Shown here one piece after another: positions 41,540 through 55,200 of a DNA stretch of 64,000 bases (within the stretch, counting starts at the first letter, position 1; every line of letters begins with the position of its first letter). A program made the position numbers and the translations under genes. The stretch covers positions 2,666,001-2,730,000 of the forward strand of contig OY986946.1 of assembly GCA_963920595.1 (NCBI GenBank). The letters are read 5' to 3'. The notes under the pieces are model-generated. The model did no database searches, was not told the DNA's origin, and was given only the letters and a program-made list of their open reading frames with translations. The stretch comes from Eimeria praecox (Eukaryota).

Positions 41540-42406
41540 CAGCTGCTGCAGCTGCAGCTTATTCCTCACGCGCTGTCTTCGGAGACGAGTAAGGGCTTCT
41601 CGGATTTGCTGCGGCTGCTGCTGCTGTACAAACAGCAGCTGCTTCAGAGGCTCAGGGAAGATACAGCTGAAGGAAGGAGGCAGCAGCAGACGCCAGCTGC
41701 CAACGCAGTCTGTCTTGCCTGCAGCTATCCATGCTGCTTCTGCTGCTGCTGCTGCTGTGGCTGCCATTTCCTCTTCAGCTGCTGCTAATCCTGCTGCTGC
41801 TAATCCTGCTGCTGCTCCTCCTGCTGCTCCTCCTGCTGCTCGTCCTGCTGCTGCTGCTCCTGCTGCTCCTGCTGCTGCTGCTGCTGTTGCTGCTGCTGTT
41901 GCTGCCGAGCTGCTAACACCAGCAGATCCACTAGCTGCTGATCTAGCTCCGCTGCTGCTGCAGTTGTTGCTGGGGCCCTCTGCCGTTTCTACTGCAAGTG
42001 CAGCACGGGGTACAGCAGCAGCAGCAGCAGCAGCAGCTGTTGCTGCTGCTGCTTTTGATGATGGTGTTGGTGTTGGTGTTTCTAATGCCGACATTGAGGC
42101 TTCGGCTTCTGCTGCTGCCGCGCTCATGTCTTGTGCTGCAGCTGCAGCAGGTGCAGCAGCTGCTGCGGCTGCTGCAGCTGCTGTGTTTGCTAATGCTGTT
42201 GTAGGATATGCTGCTGCTGTTGCTGCCTCTTCGGGCTCAGAGTTTCCCCCCACGCATATATATTGCTCGTCTTCTGCTGCTGCTGCAGCAGCAACTAGAG
42301 GCAGCGTAGCCATACACCGGATTCGTGCTGCTGCAGGCAGCAAACTACGTGCTGCTCTTGGGGCCCAAACTGTCTGCAGCAGCTTTTGTGAGGCAGACGC
42401 GCCGCC

Positions 42407-42451
<45 letters not shown>

Positions 42452-42671
42452 GCACCCACCGATAAGCTCTGAGGCTCCACCAGCAAGCAGCCCTTCCGCA
42501 CTGGCAGCAGGAGCTGCAGCAGCAGCAGGAATCGCTGCTCCAGAGGAAGCAGCAGCAGCAGCCGCAGCAGCAGCGGGCCGCGGGCGCAGCAGATTCGAGA
42601 ACGAGGCGACTCCCCTAACGGCAGAGGATATATCTGTTGCTGCCTTTGCTGCTGTCACTCCTGCTGCACCT

Positions 42672-42727
<56 letters not shown>

Positions 42728-43013
42728 CCCAACTAGCCGGCTGTCTTCACCTTCTTTCGCCTCACTCACGAGAGACTCCCGCAGCAAAGAAGAGTTGCAT
42801 GCCCTGGCGATGCCCCAAAGGGATAGTGTATGCTGCTGCTGTTGCTGCTGCTGCTGTTGCTGCTGCTGCTGTTGCTGCTGCTGCTGTTGTTGTTGCTCTT
42901 GCTGTTGCTGCTGCTGCTGTTGTTGTTGCTCTTGCTGTTGCTGCTGCTCCGGCTGGGATTCCTCAGCTGAAGGAGAATGCGATGATTTGCCTTCCTGCTG
43001 CTGTGGGGCTGCC

Positions 43014-43045
<32 letters not shown>

Positions 43046-43539
43046 AGCTGCTGCTGCTTCTGCTGCTGCTGCTGCTGCTGCAGGCGAGGTCTTTGCCCCA
43101 GTAGCAGCAGGCTCCGCGACAGCAGCAGCAGCAGCAGCTCCTCCAGCTGCAGCTTCCTCTGCTACTGTTCGCAGCGGTGTACTTGCATCGGCAGTTGCAG
43201 CAGCTGCTGCTGCTGCTGATGCTGCAGCTGCTGCTGATGCTGCTGTTGGCTTTGCTGCTGCTGCTGCTGAGGTCCCTCCTGAACTCGCTCCTAAACTATG
43301 ATTGCTTGCTGCAGCTGTTTCTGTTGCTGCTGCTGCAGGGGAGAAGCATTTTGTTTCCTGAGGTACGCACGGTCTGTTTGCTGCTGCAGCATCCGTAGAT
43401 TGTGCTGCTGCTGCTGCTGTTGCTGCTGTTGCTGTTGCTGCTGCTGTTGTTGTTGTCTGTGGCAGGACCCTCGCCTCACATTTAGCTGCAGCTTCTGCTG
43501 CTGCAGCAGGTGGGTTTTCTGACCCCAGGGAAGCATCAG

Positions 43540-43571
<32 letters not shown>

Positions 43572-44783
43572 TCCCCCGTTGCTGCAGCAGGTGTTGACGT
43601 TGTTGTTGTTGTTGCTGCTGCTGCTGCTGCTGGCCATGCCGCTTCTTTAGGAACGGCTTCACCCGACTCTGTCAGCAGCGCCACGGCAAGCAGTTGCTGC
43701 TGCAGCAGCACGTGCTGCTGCTGCAGCCTCAGCTGCTGCTGGTGATACTGCAGTTGCTGCCACTCCTGCTGCAGCAGCTGCTGCGACAGTTGCTGCTGAC
43801 AGGGCAGCAAGCCACCACCATCAGATTCTAAAGAATGATGTGCTGCAGGCTGCTGCTGCTGCTCTCCCGAGCTCTGCTGCGGCACTTCCCCTTCTGTTTC
43901 CTTCTGCTGCTGCTGCTGCTGCTGCTGTTGCTGCTGCTGTTGCTGCTGCTGTTGCTGCTGCTCCGCTTGGAGCCTCTCCAGCTCCTGCAGCTGGTCAGAC
44001 ACACGCGGCCGTTGCTGCAGCGCCGGGAATGCTTCTCTGGTTGCTGCAGCAGCAGCTGCTGCTGCTGCAGGTCCTAGACCCCACAGAGCAGCAAGCAGAC
44101 ATTGCTGCTCCTGCTGCAGCCGTTGTAGCTGCTGCTCAACCAAAAGCAATCGCTGCCGCACTCGCTGCGAGAAGTCCGCCAGCTCTGAGGGATCCTGCAG
44201 CAGCAGCAGCAGCAGCAGCAACAGCAACAGCAGCAGCAGCAGCAGACATAACACAGACATACCGCAGGTAGCGAGTCAAGACCCAGGAGCAGTGGCTGTG
44301 CTCATCGTCAGCAGCAGAGGCATTACTTCCACCGCTTGTCTTTGCTGCTGCTGCTGCTGCTGCTGCTGCCGCTGCTGCTGCTGCTGCTGCTAGCACTCTT
44401 ACCTGAGGTCTTCGTAGCACCAAAGGTGTCGGCGGTGGTGCTGCTCCTGAATGCTTTCTCCCCTTTGGCAGCAGCGGCGATGCTCCATCCTTCTTCGCTG
44501 CGGCTGTTCCTGCTGCTGCAGCTGCTGCTGCTGCAGCAGCTGCAGCAGCAGCAGCTGCAGGAGCTGCTGCATCACCACATGCCCCTCCTTTGCGTCTCTT
44601 ACCCTTACGACCGTCAGCCTCTGTTGCTGCTGTTGCAGCAGCTGCTGCTGGTGTTGCTGCAGCTGCCGTTGCTGCTGCTGCTGCTGCTGCTGCTGGCTTT
44701 CTGGTTCTCCCTTTCTTCAAGCTTACACCAGCAGAGGAAGCAGGTGACCCTGAAGGCGCAGCAGCGCATGCATCATTGTTTGC

Positions 44784-44821
<38 letters not shown>

Positions 44822-44954
44822 CTGCTGCTGCAGGTGCCTCAGCCTTGTCTGGGTTAGCTGATGCAGGTAAATAGGCAAAGATATCTGGTGATCGCTGCTG
44901 CTTCCTTTGAGATTTCTTCTGCTGCTGCTGCCTCTGCTGCTGCTGCTGTATATT

Positions 44955-44989
<35 letters not shown>

Positions 44990-45218
44990 TCTGCTGCTGC
45001 TGTATATTTCGCTGCTGCTGCTGCTGCTGCTGCTGATTGTTGGAGTAGGCGAATATCTCAATCACACTGAAGTCATCGTCTGCAGCAGCATCTGCTGCTG
45101 CAGCACTCGGCTCCGCAGCAGCAGCAGCAGCAGCAGCAGCAGAACCTGCAGCCTGTTGCGTATTTGGCTTTCCCGTCCGTCTCCTCTTTGCTTCTGGGGA
45201 TCGAGCCGATGTTGCTGC

Positions 45219-45253
<35 letters not shown>

Positions 45254-45684
45254 TTGCTGCTGTTGTTGACGCCGATCTCGAGGCTGTCAAGCCTCTTCGT
45301 CGACGTACAGATGCGCTGCTGCTGCCGCGTGCTGCCAAGCTACTGCGGCAGCAGGCTCCATTGCTGCTGCTGCTGCTGCTGTTCCTGCTGTTGCTGTTGT
45401 TGTTGTCTGGTGGGTGGGGCTGTTGTTCGCTGCAGCACACAGTCTCCTGTTCAACAGCTTGTTGCTGCTCGTCTTCTACTTTCTGCTGCTGCTCCTGTCG
45501 CTGCGATTGATTGTCGGTGTTTCTTCTACTTTGTTGCTGAGGCTCAGAATGGTAGGGGGGCCGCAGGTCTGTCGCCTGTCGCTGTATATCCTGCTGCTCT
45601 TTCCCCCTTGTCTGCTGTTCTTGTTGCTGTTTGTCGTGTGGCTGTTGTTGCTGCTGCTTCTGTTGCTGCTGCTGTTGCTGCTGT

Positions 45685-45715
<31 letters not shown>

Positions 45716-45806
45716 TCAATACTTCTTCTTGATCGTGTGTCTCTGGTAGTTCAAATGTATTTGGCTTCTCAGTGTTTACGTGTTTATCTGAGGAGAGAAT
45801 GTACAT
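38200..45806 (-). CDS. SLX4: SLX4-like structure-specific endonuclease scaffold (SAP domain plus C-terminal SLX1-binding domain)
   Basis: Three phase-consistent exons: 45806-44403, 44194-38689, 38426-38200. SAP-like VDWARMETSCLHRWLSFFGLKVGGLSQQQTVSILQQICSY at ~39537-39390. C-terminal EIRAALMREDDAYGVYGRLLALESVPLSEIEESLK/AAHVSVSRQSLQNFLRRAAVMV resembles the SLX4 CCD/SBD. PLVLRRPQDPSELADFSQRVRQRL resembles the MLR region. Confidence 0.7.
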
Positions 45807-47147
45807 CGCGTCCCCCCAAACTCACACAACTCTGCTGCTGTTCCTGCTGCAGTAGTGTTGCTGCTGCAGGATCAAACTCACACAAAACCACCGATGGGGG
45901 GGGGGAGGGGGGGGGGGGAGGGGGCCCTCAACAACCACCTACTGCCTCTCAGCAGGGAGGAGGGCCCCCTCCCTGCACAGGTTTTATATTGTATCTCTCT
46001 AAATACATGTATATATATACAGTATTTGACAACTCAAAAGAAGTGAGAGGCAGCAACTTCTTAGAGTTGACACCGATGATTGTTGATTTTCTGTATAAGC
46101 CAGCCCTAAATGCTGCAGGGGGGAGGGGGGCCCTCAAGCACTTGTTGCTTCGTTGTATAAATACAGAGAGATAGCTTAGGGATCAACTCGATACACTGTA
46201 CGATATTAGTACGAAAAAATATAAAAGAAATTATATTAAATATGCTAGCGAGTGATATTGAATGCGCTGTTGGTTTTTCTGAATACAAGAAGAGAAGGAG
46301 GAAACATCTTCAGTATGATTTTGTAAAACTTGGATGGAATGTCATCACTATTTTATGACTATCATTATCATTTTGTTTTTATTTGTTTTATATTTATTGT
46401 TTGGAGGGGTTATAGATACATTCTAAACGATGAGGTGTCTCAGTAAACGATTGCTGGGCTCGCGAGAAGCATAGAAGAACCACTCCAAGTTACCGTTCAA
46501 CTTGCATTGTTGAAACATGTATATGTATATATACATTTATACTTTATGAAGGATATCATTTTGAGAATTGTATGTGTTTGGATAATAGGAGAAAAGCCAC
46601 TTCGGTTGTTCTCGCTGCAAATTCATGTATGTACATGAGCCCATATGTGCTGAGGCCGCTTGTTCTACTATTATCTACTACTAATATGATGTTGAGTGAC
46701 ATCAAGGGGAAGTCGAAACGTAGGATCCTATTGATTTTTATGGTGTTTTTATCCTTGTTTATCTACGTGTATACTTTTTTACTGGTGCCGTATCACAAAT
46801 AACCACAGAGAAACCCTCTACTCAATGCCACCGTTGAAAATTTCGTGAACTGACGCCTGGCGTCGTCTGCTGCCGTAACAGTGACACATATCTGATCACC
46901 AAAAAATATATTATTGCACTGGAATCTGCGGTGAAGACAGCGGACGTTGTAGATGAGATGATGTGCTGTGAATGCATATCTAAAGACTGGTGATGCAGTT
47001 CAACTGTGAAGTAGATACTGGTATGCGCAAGCCGATAGAGTGCTGCGAAGGCTCAAATATAAAAATATATTATCAAAAAACGGCATTTCCGAGGCGTTTG
47101 CATGTTTCAGGGCAAATCAATGTAACATAATCTGCTTTGTCAAAATG

Positions 47148-47218
47148 TGCGTCTGCCGGGAATCGAACCCGGGTCACCTCGATGGCAACGAGGTATTCTA
47201 CCACTAGACCACAGACGC
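47148..47218 (-). tRNA. tRNA-Gly (anticodon GCC)
   Basis: The reverse complement GCGTCTGTGGTCTAGTGGTAGAATACCTCGTTGCCATCGAGGTGACCCGGGTTCGATTCCCGGCAGACGCA folds as a cloverleaf. It has acceptor stem GCGTCTG/CAGACGC, anticodon arm CCTCG-TTGCCAT-CGAGG, T-loop GGTTCGATTCC and a TTTT run just downstream. Confidence 0.97.
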
Positions 47219-50200
47219 TTGGTTTAAAGAGGTGTCTCGCTGCAGCAGTGCCATGCTTAGGTTGCACTGCTTGCTTGTAAATTATGAAGCTGAGTTGACC
47301 CATTCCAGTATTTGATATCTCGTCAACAAAGTAAGATTATAGAAATCTGTGGGCGCATGGCCTAGCTCGTGGAACCCTCCGCGGCTTCCCTCTCGCAGAA
47401 CTTTGCAGTGAATCTCTGTGTAAGAAGTGTGCTTTTGGCTGTGAAATTGTGCTTTTTAGAAATCATCTGACCCACAACAATAGCTGTTTATGTCCGTACT
47501 GCATGCAATAAAAACCGCATGAGGGGTGATGTGCTTGAAATATGCCTTGCATGCAGTGCTAAGGGGCGACCACAATTTGGCCAAGCGATTGACGGCCCCC
47601 TACGACTGCTAATTTTTTCGCCCGGCTATGTGTTGTGGGTCTAGCTGAGGCCAGTTTAAATTTCTTATGCGCATTTACACTTCACTGCATCCAGCTTGAA
47701 AGCCTTCACATCTCAGTAGCTAGTAGTTAATGCTGAAGAGAGGCTCATAATCTGTGTATGAGCGATATAAATTGCGCATGCCGCATGGGAAAGTAAAGAT
47801 GTACAAAAGGATGCATCGAAGGTTTGTCTGACCGCCGCCCACCGCCAGTGCTGCCTATTGATAACCGTATTAAAGCCCAACCTTACAAACACCTTGGACG
47901 ATGGGCTTGGATTTTGGCATCAGGGCAGTCCGACCCTTTGCTAGCATAGGCAGTACCGCATGTGGTGTCTTTCCGCTTCTTTTGCACTTAAATAACACCC
48001 ATGCAATGCTCACGCCTAACTCTGATGCCGAAAGTGAAACAGCTGAAAGGACAACAAAAGCAGAAGACCCAACCCACATAAGACAGAACAAAGGGAGCAT
48101 GGCTATGCATATATGTATATATATATATATATATATATACGTTGATATACAGGGATGCGCCCACTTGCCTGCCCGTCATTGTAGGTTTTCAAAAACTGAG
48201 ATACACTGGAGCTGGCGAGCCACAAGTAAAAGGTTGCGTCCCAAGCGCAACGACACATGTGGCATGCTTTTGCAAGGATTCTGTTTTATCTGAAAGGCAT
48301 TCAGTGTAATTAAGCGTCAAAGGCAGACGTGGCCGCCTAACTAAATTCCTTAGGCATATTCCATCAAAAACAGCAGTTGCCTCTCCCCTTCCTCCATGCC
48401 CCCAAGGCGCCCAGAAACGCAGTCGTTCAGGCTTTTCCCGATGGGTGAAGAAGAGGCCGGGTTGTGCGGCGCAGCGGCACCCACTGCTACGAAAATTCCC
48501 GCAAATACATACTAGATTGCTGAGGTTGCAGAAGCCGATTTGCTACACTTCGCCACTGAAACAAATACTCATGCAGTGTAGTTACTGGTACTGATAGGAA
48601 AGCCCTAGATTATCAGCTTTCAACGGGTTTCACCTCCTGCGCACAGCCTGCTTGAAGGAATGAGCAAGCCGAATTTAGGCTGCTTCTGCTGCATCAGACG
48701 AATAAGCGGTTTCTCATGCCTTGCGTTCTGAGGCTGCCATGGGGTGCAGGAAATTTTCTGCAACAGCTTAGGCAGCTTGAAGCATTCACCTGTTCCTGTT
48801 CTTTCTCCTTGAGTTCCGATGGCGCCGGAAACAGAATCAGTAAATGGCAACTGGAGAACGCATAATAGAGCAGCAGCCACACGGTTTAGCGCTCTTCATT
48901 TCTCTTATCCAGTTGAATAAGATGATCAGCGCCAGCTAGGCACCGTCACGTGCGTTAGACCGCTACGCGCTGTGTGGGCCCTATCATCCTGCATGAACTG
49001 GGGCACCCAGCGAGGGAATATTGCTTTGCTTACCAGGATGGGCTTGTGTTCCTGCCGCTGACTGGGGAAAGCTGGTTTCTAACTATGTTTCTTAGCATGA
49101 GCAGAGGATAGCTTTTTGCACCACGAGGATCAGATCCTCTGGCTATGTCGAGATTTTCTCGTCGGTGCTGAGCAGGTTTCGCATTCGTCGATGATGCTCA
49201 TTCTAAAGAATGCGATTCTTAAGTAAATGCAGCTGAGCAGCGAATGCCCTTGATATATCTAGATTGGCTAGTGGCACTCATTTGCTTTAGGAGGCCACAA
49301 TAAGACGCCTGATCCTCTCGATGCATTGATACATCTTCAAATATCCTGCTAGGAGCTACCTTCGCTCTTAAGAAAGTAGATTTCTCTTGCGTCGAGGCCT
49401 AGAGGGAAGATATACTTGCATCTTCTCTGAATCATCCCCTCGAAAGAACAAATCCACCAGGTGGGCTGATTCGTTTTGGGCCTCCTAATGATCACGAATT
49501 TGAATGTTTTGTCGTTAAAGACAGCCGGTTGCCTGCAATCGCATTTTAGTTGTAATATATGACAAAGCAACTACTCCCAGACGGTAGGAAAATGCATACA
49601 TCGACAAAGACATCGCGGGCTACGGGACTCTAAAACGCACTAGGAACAGTCTGCTGCCTTGAACAGCGCCATCCCGAACACAGAAATGAAAAGAGAGTTG
49701 TACCTACGACATGATTGTGGAATAAAATTTCGCAACCGGAGCCATTGCTGTCATCCTGGCTGCAGCGTACCCTGTAGTACAACAACAGCAGTTGCATCAG
49801 CATGAATGTAACAGGACGCACAGCCAAACCACTGGAAAGTGGACTTAGCCCCCGGGGATCACCATGAGTAGCGCAGTCAGAAGCGTCCCAAAGAACAAAA
49901 GTGCAGAAGGGCGTACTCATGCAGCACCCGATAGAGACGCACTTAGTATATTTAGGACAGGGGGATAAGGAAAGGGAGCTCGCCAGCGTTGGAGCAAGGC
50001 CAGAGCACAAACATTCGTAGCAGGTGATGCGGTTTGGCACTACTTACTTAATGATGCTTCTCCGTCTGTGGATGCTAATGCAGCTCTGGGTGCTGCTGGT
50101 GAGTCGGCAAATGGAAACCACAAACTAAGACAAAAGCTACAGGGCATTCTGCGTGCTTCCTAAAACCCTTGTGGATAAGTGTGTACTCTCGGCGGAACAG

Positions 50201-51837
50201 ATCGCACTTAGAGGCATTAAGTTAGATGTTCAGGATCACCGATGATGGTAAAAAACACTTTTTGTTTTGCGTATCCTACCTGCGGCCTGCAGCTTCACTA
50301 CATTAAGACTGTTGTTGGTATTAAAGAATCACCAGCTCATGGAACTAACAAACAATAACTGGCATTAACTCTTTTCTGGTGCAGGTGATGCTGCGCTTAT
50401 CCAGTGCATCCGCAGCGGTGGCTGTTTCTGGCCGTTTGCTTGCTGTGTGAGAAGGTCAAACCGCGAGACATATTAATAGCTCTTTCCACTTACGAGAAAC
50501 AAATGGAAGTGCTTTGTCGAAAGGATGGAAAGACGCCGAAGGCCCCATCGAATCTTTCGGACCTAAGGCGGGGCGGGAGAATCCCTGACGAACGAGGCCA
50601 GGAAAAAACGGGGCTTTAGCTGTTATGGTACCAAACGCCTGATGGGAACACCTCTTTTGCACTGAAAGAAAGAAGAAGGGGTGGTAATTGTATACTATGC
50701 AGTCAGGAAATTTATCCCGCTCTGCGTTTAAATGCCTCTGTTGAATACAACTGCTGTTGTGCTTGCTGCAAGCATATTAGAAGCTAAGTGCTTTGCGGCG
50801 TCAGTGGTTTGAGAGGGAGCAACCATAAGTACAAGAGGCCTTTTCATGGATCTTGCGATCTTAATGTATAATGGATCGGCTGCGGCAGATACTCCAGTGT
50901 GGTGTTGCACGATAGTATACCTTTAAAAACATTGTTTCTGATGTTCCGGTTGCCCGCAGAGGCGGCAAATTAAGAGGTAGAACGGCGTCGTGAAAGAGCA
51001 AAGCCGCTCAAACCCTTGTTTGCCCCAAGACCTTCAAGGGCAATCAAAATGGTTCGGGCAACAGCGTGGGGCTATAGCATGGCTGTTCGCTTGCGCTCAG
51101 TGGGACCCAGAACTTTCAGGTGCACCTTGCCGTGGTGCACATATTGTAAATCACCTAACGCAGCCGCATTAGAAGATTGATTAAAAGACAAAACGAGAAG
51201 CTTGCTTGACTAGATGCTTCTGCTTTGCAGTTCAATAAGTATATTTGCGTTCTGCTCACTTTTTCCATGCTTGATGCGGGGCCATACATCGCACGTGAAG
51301 GCATACGCCACATTCTCTATTCCCCGCAAACGGGAAGAAACGTAAACATAGGTGGTCAGCTGATCTCTATTTGCGGGTTTTTGCAGTGGGAGTGGAAGTG
51401 CCGTCGCACCGCCCACCGGAGTAGAATGTCATCTGCTCGATAGTCCAAGAGTCCACCTTTCACAACTCCCTGCCCCCGTCAGCTCACAGCGACTATTAAC
51501 TTCGTCAAAAAGTAATTAGACTTGCCCGCTTGTGGATGGCGCTGTTATTCATGTCGTTTCTGGTGTATTTAGCGTCTATTTAAGCTAACATTGCAGCGTT
51601 GAAGGGTATTTAAAGGACAAGGCAATCATGCAAAAAGGGAAATTATCATGCTGTTCACAACAGGAACTAGTACCAACTGCCTCGAAACGACAGTCGAGTG
51701 GAGACTAATGAACAGCACTTAAATCGAGTTAAAAAGGCATAATATGGTTTAGGTGTAATACGGCTAGAGGCACATCAGGAATGCCTTGATCCCTTGGAAG
51801 GCAGTTCAGCTTGTGGAACATAACAAGGTCGTCCGAA

Positions 51838-52158
51838 TCACGAGGTTCCCTCATGAACCCGGCTTCCCCGAAAGCTGGACTCATCTCCCGAAGAATCCTG
51901 CAAATCGAGCTGCCCAACAAAATAAAAATTACCTTTATTGTCTTCAAGGCACAGCCTCAGAGATCCATCGTGAAGGCGTCTCTGAACGAGTCAAGCAAAA
52001 GCAAGATCCAGCACACTGTACTGCGTACATATTACATTATATTTATAGCTATATATCTGTACATCCATATATCTTTATATATGTCTTCCTATCTGTCTAC
52101 GTATCTGTCTATCTATCTACATATCTATCTATCTATCTACCTCTCTCTCTCTCTGTGT

Positions 52159-52210
<52 letters not shown>

Positions 52211-55200
52211 CATATGGATGCATTATCAATATACCATTATTTCAATATATCTGTATATCTATATTGTATAGCTCTATATATCTATATAGTATATATATAT
52301 ATATATATACATAAACTCCTTATACATTGCCCGGCAGGGCTGTTGCTTACCAAAGAAACCAAAAAACCAGAGAGGGCACGCGAACTGGCAACTGCCAATA
52401 TCTCGCTCCCTTGCAAGCATGTCTTCTTTTGTCGGCGTTGCAGAACCCGGTCGTCCAGAGTATGTGCAATTCCGCTACTGTTTGTCAAAACAATGGCAAT
52501 GCCATAAGAAGGAAAGTCTCGAACAAGTGATCCAACGCTCCTGCTCTTAGCCTTGTTCTGTCCAGACCGTTGGAATCGATGGCCTTCCACTTGGCCACTC
52601 CATCGGTTTGAACTCATGCTAGAAGCACTAGTGCTGTCGCTGGAATCAATCACTGTGCTTTGGTCATCTTCAGTCACTGCCTTTGAAATTAATAGATCCT
52701 CTTCCCAGGGAAACACACGCAAAAGACGGCAGGTACGCTCTTGACTGTCATTGCCCTCGCACGCACCCATAAAGGGAGCTTCTGGCTCGCACCGGAGGAA
52801 CTGCATAATGGGAGAAGGCAGGGTAATCTGGTCTAAAAGCACAAGGTTCCCCGAACTAGTGATGGGGTCGCCACCCCTTTCACTCCACTGCAACAGCAGC
52901 AACAAGTTGTCTGCTGTGGAAAGCAGCAACAGGCGCTGCATCTTGGCCTCAAGAGACCGCGCCGCTTCTCCAAAGGGCATCATCTGTAGAGCCTGTATGA
53001 TCGGGTCAGTGCCAGTGAGTGAACTGAGATGCGGCGGAGCTAGGCGGGTGTATGTGCACCCGGTCAACCACATATCCGCGAGTTCAAGGGTCATCCCCTT
53101 CACGCGCTGCAGGACACGCAATACAACACAAGACGGGCAATATAACTAAGCGACTGATGCGAGCACGCAAGCGCAAGCACGGTTTTGGGGGGCATCTGGC
53201 AAGGTGGTAGGGCTCTGCTGAACATAATCTGTTACCGGCACGGAGGACATGTTCCATAGTAGGCGCAGCGGGGGATCTCTGGCGCAGGGCTGGTTTTCAC
53301 AGTCCGCTGGTGGATGATGCAGGAATCTGAGGTTGACTGAGAATACAGCCAGTAGAGAGGGCCCTGTAACGGCCCATAGGCTGCCCCATAGAGGCTGCAG
53401 GCGAACTGTGGAGAGCATGGTGCTTCGGTTGCGAGTTGTAGGTCGGTGGCATCGCGGGGACTGGTGCTCGTCAGCAGCGCTGCCGGTATGTCCAGTATTG
53501 TTGCAGAGAGATGGCGACAGGGCTGACTCAGAAAGCTGTTGAAGGAAGGCAGCGTTGCGGCGAGCACATATGGATATGTCATGAGATGCAAAAAATAGGG
53601 GAATCCAGCTAATTGGTTCCCTTCTCACTAAATCTACTAGGACAGCAATGAGCTTTCCCATGGCGCTGGTATCGCTGTTGCTGTTGGTTTTGCTGTTGGC
53701 TTGAAGAAGGCACATGACGATGGCACAATCAGTTCTGAGTGGATGGGCAAAGGAAATGCAGAGGGGCCGCACAGTGGGTGGATGGGCTTGAGCTGAATGA
53801 GCCTTCGTCAGCTGAGGTGTCTTCGTCACTTGGTGAAGGAGATCTTGTGGTAGCCATTTACCAGGTGGAAGTGGCGCATGTGTCAACTGCGTCAGAAGAC
53901 GTGCGCTGTCTTTGTTAAAAGCACTCTCGGAAAAATACTCTATTGGGATTTTATCAGAGCGTGGGCTGGTTGCAGGGGAGCCCATCGGTGCGGACAATGA
54001 AGATTCACTGCAGTAAAGATCCGACTGGTGCATGACGAGCTTAGAGAGCCCAGCGGCTCGATAGTCCAGGACGGGCAAGCAAGTTGACGGCTCTCCGAAA
54101 GGAGTGGAATCTAGAGAGTTAGGGTTCCTCCGCATTGAATTTTGCTCGCATATAAGCCTAACATCGCATTCGGCAGAGGCTACCAGCAGGTTTGCTGCTG
54201 AGTCGACAGCCAAGAACAGGCCAGGACACAGAGGATGCTTTGCAACCTTCACCACTCTTGGCTGCCCGCCTCTGCCAACTTTTGGCAGTGCTTCTCCACT
54301 GCTTTCCACTTGAATAGTTGGAAGCCCCGTTAGACTGGGAGTTGAATGCTGCTGTTCAATAAGAGGGACAGCTGGCAAAAGGTGAACGTCACTTGCCTGT
54401 TGATTGATGGGCACCCTGGGAATGCCCTGCACTCCTTTTGACGAAAATGCTGCTGAAATGTCGACGCCGTAAACTTTGCTGCCTAGAATCACAGCCACGT
54501 GGTGGCATTGCATGGGCCCTTGCTCTGTCCGCTGAATTATTGGGAAAATGTGGGTGTTCCAAGGGTGGATGCGTGCATGAGGGTGATGGTGTGCAGAGCA
54601 GGCTGCTGTTACTATTTCATCACTTTGTATGTGGGAACCTAGTCTCAGCAATGAGTTACGGGCGACGGAGCTTTGGGAAGTCACTTCTGAAGGCCAGACA
54701 GCTCTTTCTGTGTCTGCTGAGCCGGCTGCTGCTAATGCTTTCTTGAAACGTCGCCACACCCGTCTGAAGTGTTGAAGCACCATTCGCTCCAAATGACGTA
54801 TCCCACGGCGAATGGACAACCGACGCACGACACGCTCCCTCAAGGGGTTCAGGATATGCTTCCTCAGTAATATAATCTTAGTTGCTGCCCTGACAACCGC
54901 CTCCTTGATTTTTCGCATCAAAAAGGCTCTGCGCTGTAGCCATAGAAGTGTCGGGTGAACATGTAGGATGATGCAAACCGCAACACGCCATCTCAGGCGC
55001 TGGATAGCTGTGATAAGTCGACAGACGTCCTTCGGAGTTTTGAAAAACTGACCTGGTTCAGCAATTAATGCTGCAGCCTCTCCATAGACGGACGCCTTGA
55101 AGCAGACAAGAGAAACGCCACAAATAAACGAGCCAGGCCGGTACTGAGGCAGCAATCCAAGAGTTGCAGACACTGCAGCAGGAAGGAGCGAACACAGACA

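Noticed and set aside
47800..51700. Possible multi-exon + strand gene (candidate exons 50024-50098 and ~50385-50478 with AG/GT borders)
   Set aside because: I could not assemble a consistent reading frame or recognise a domain. A gene may exist but needs RNA-seq.
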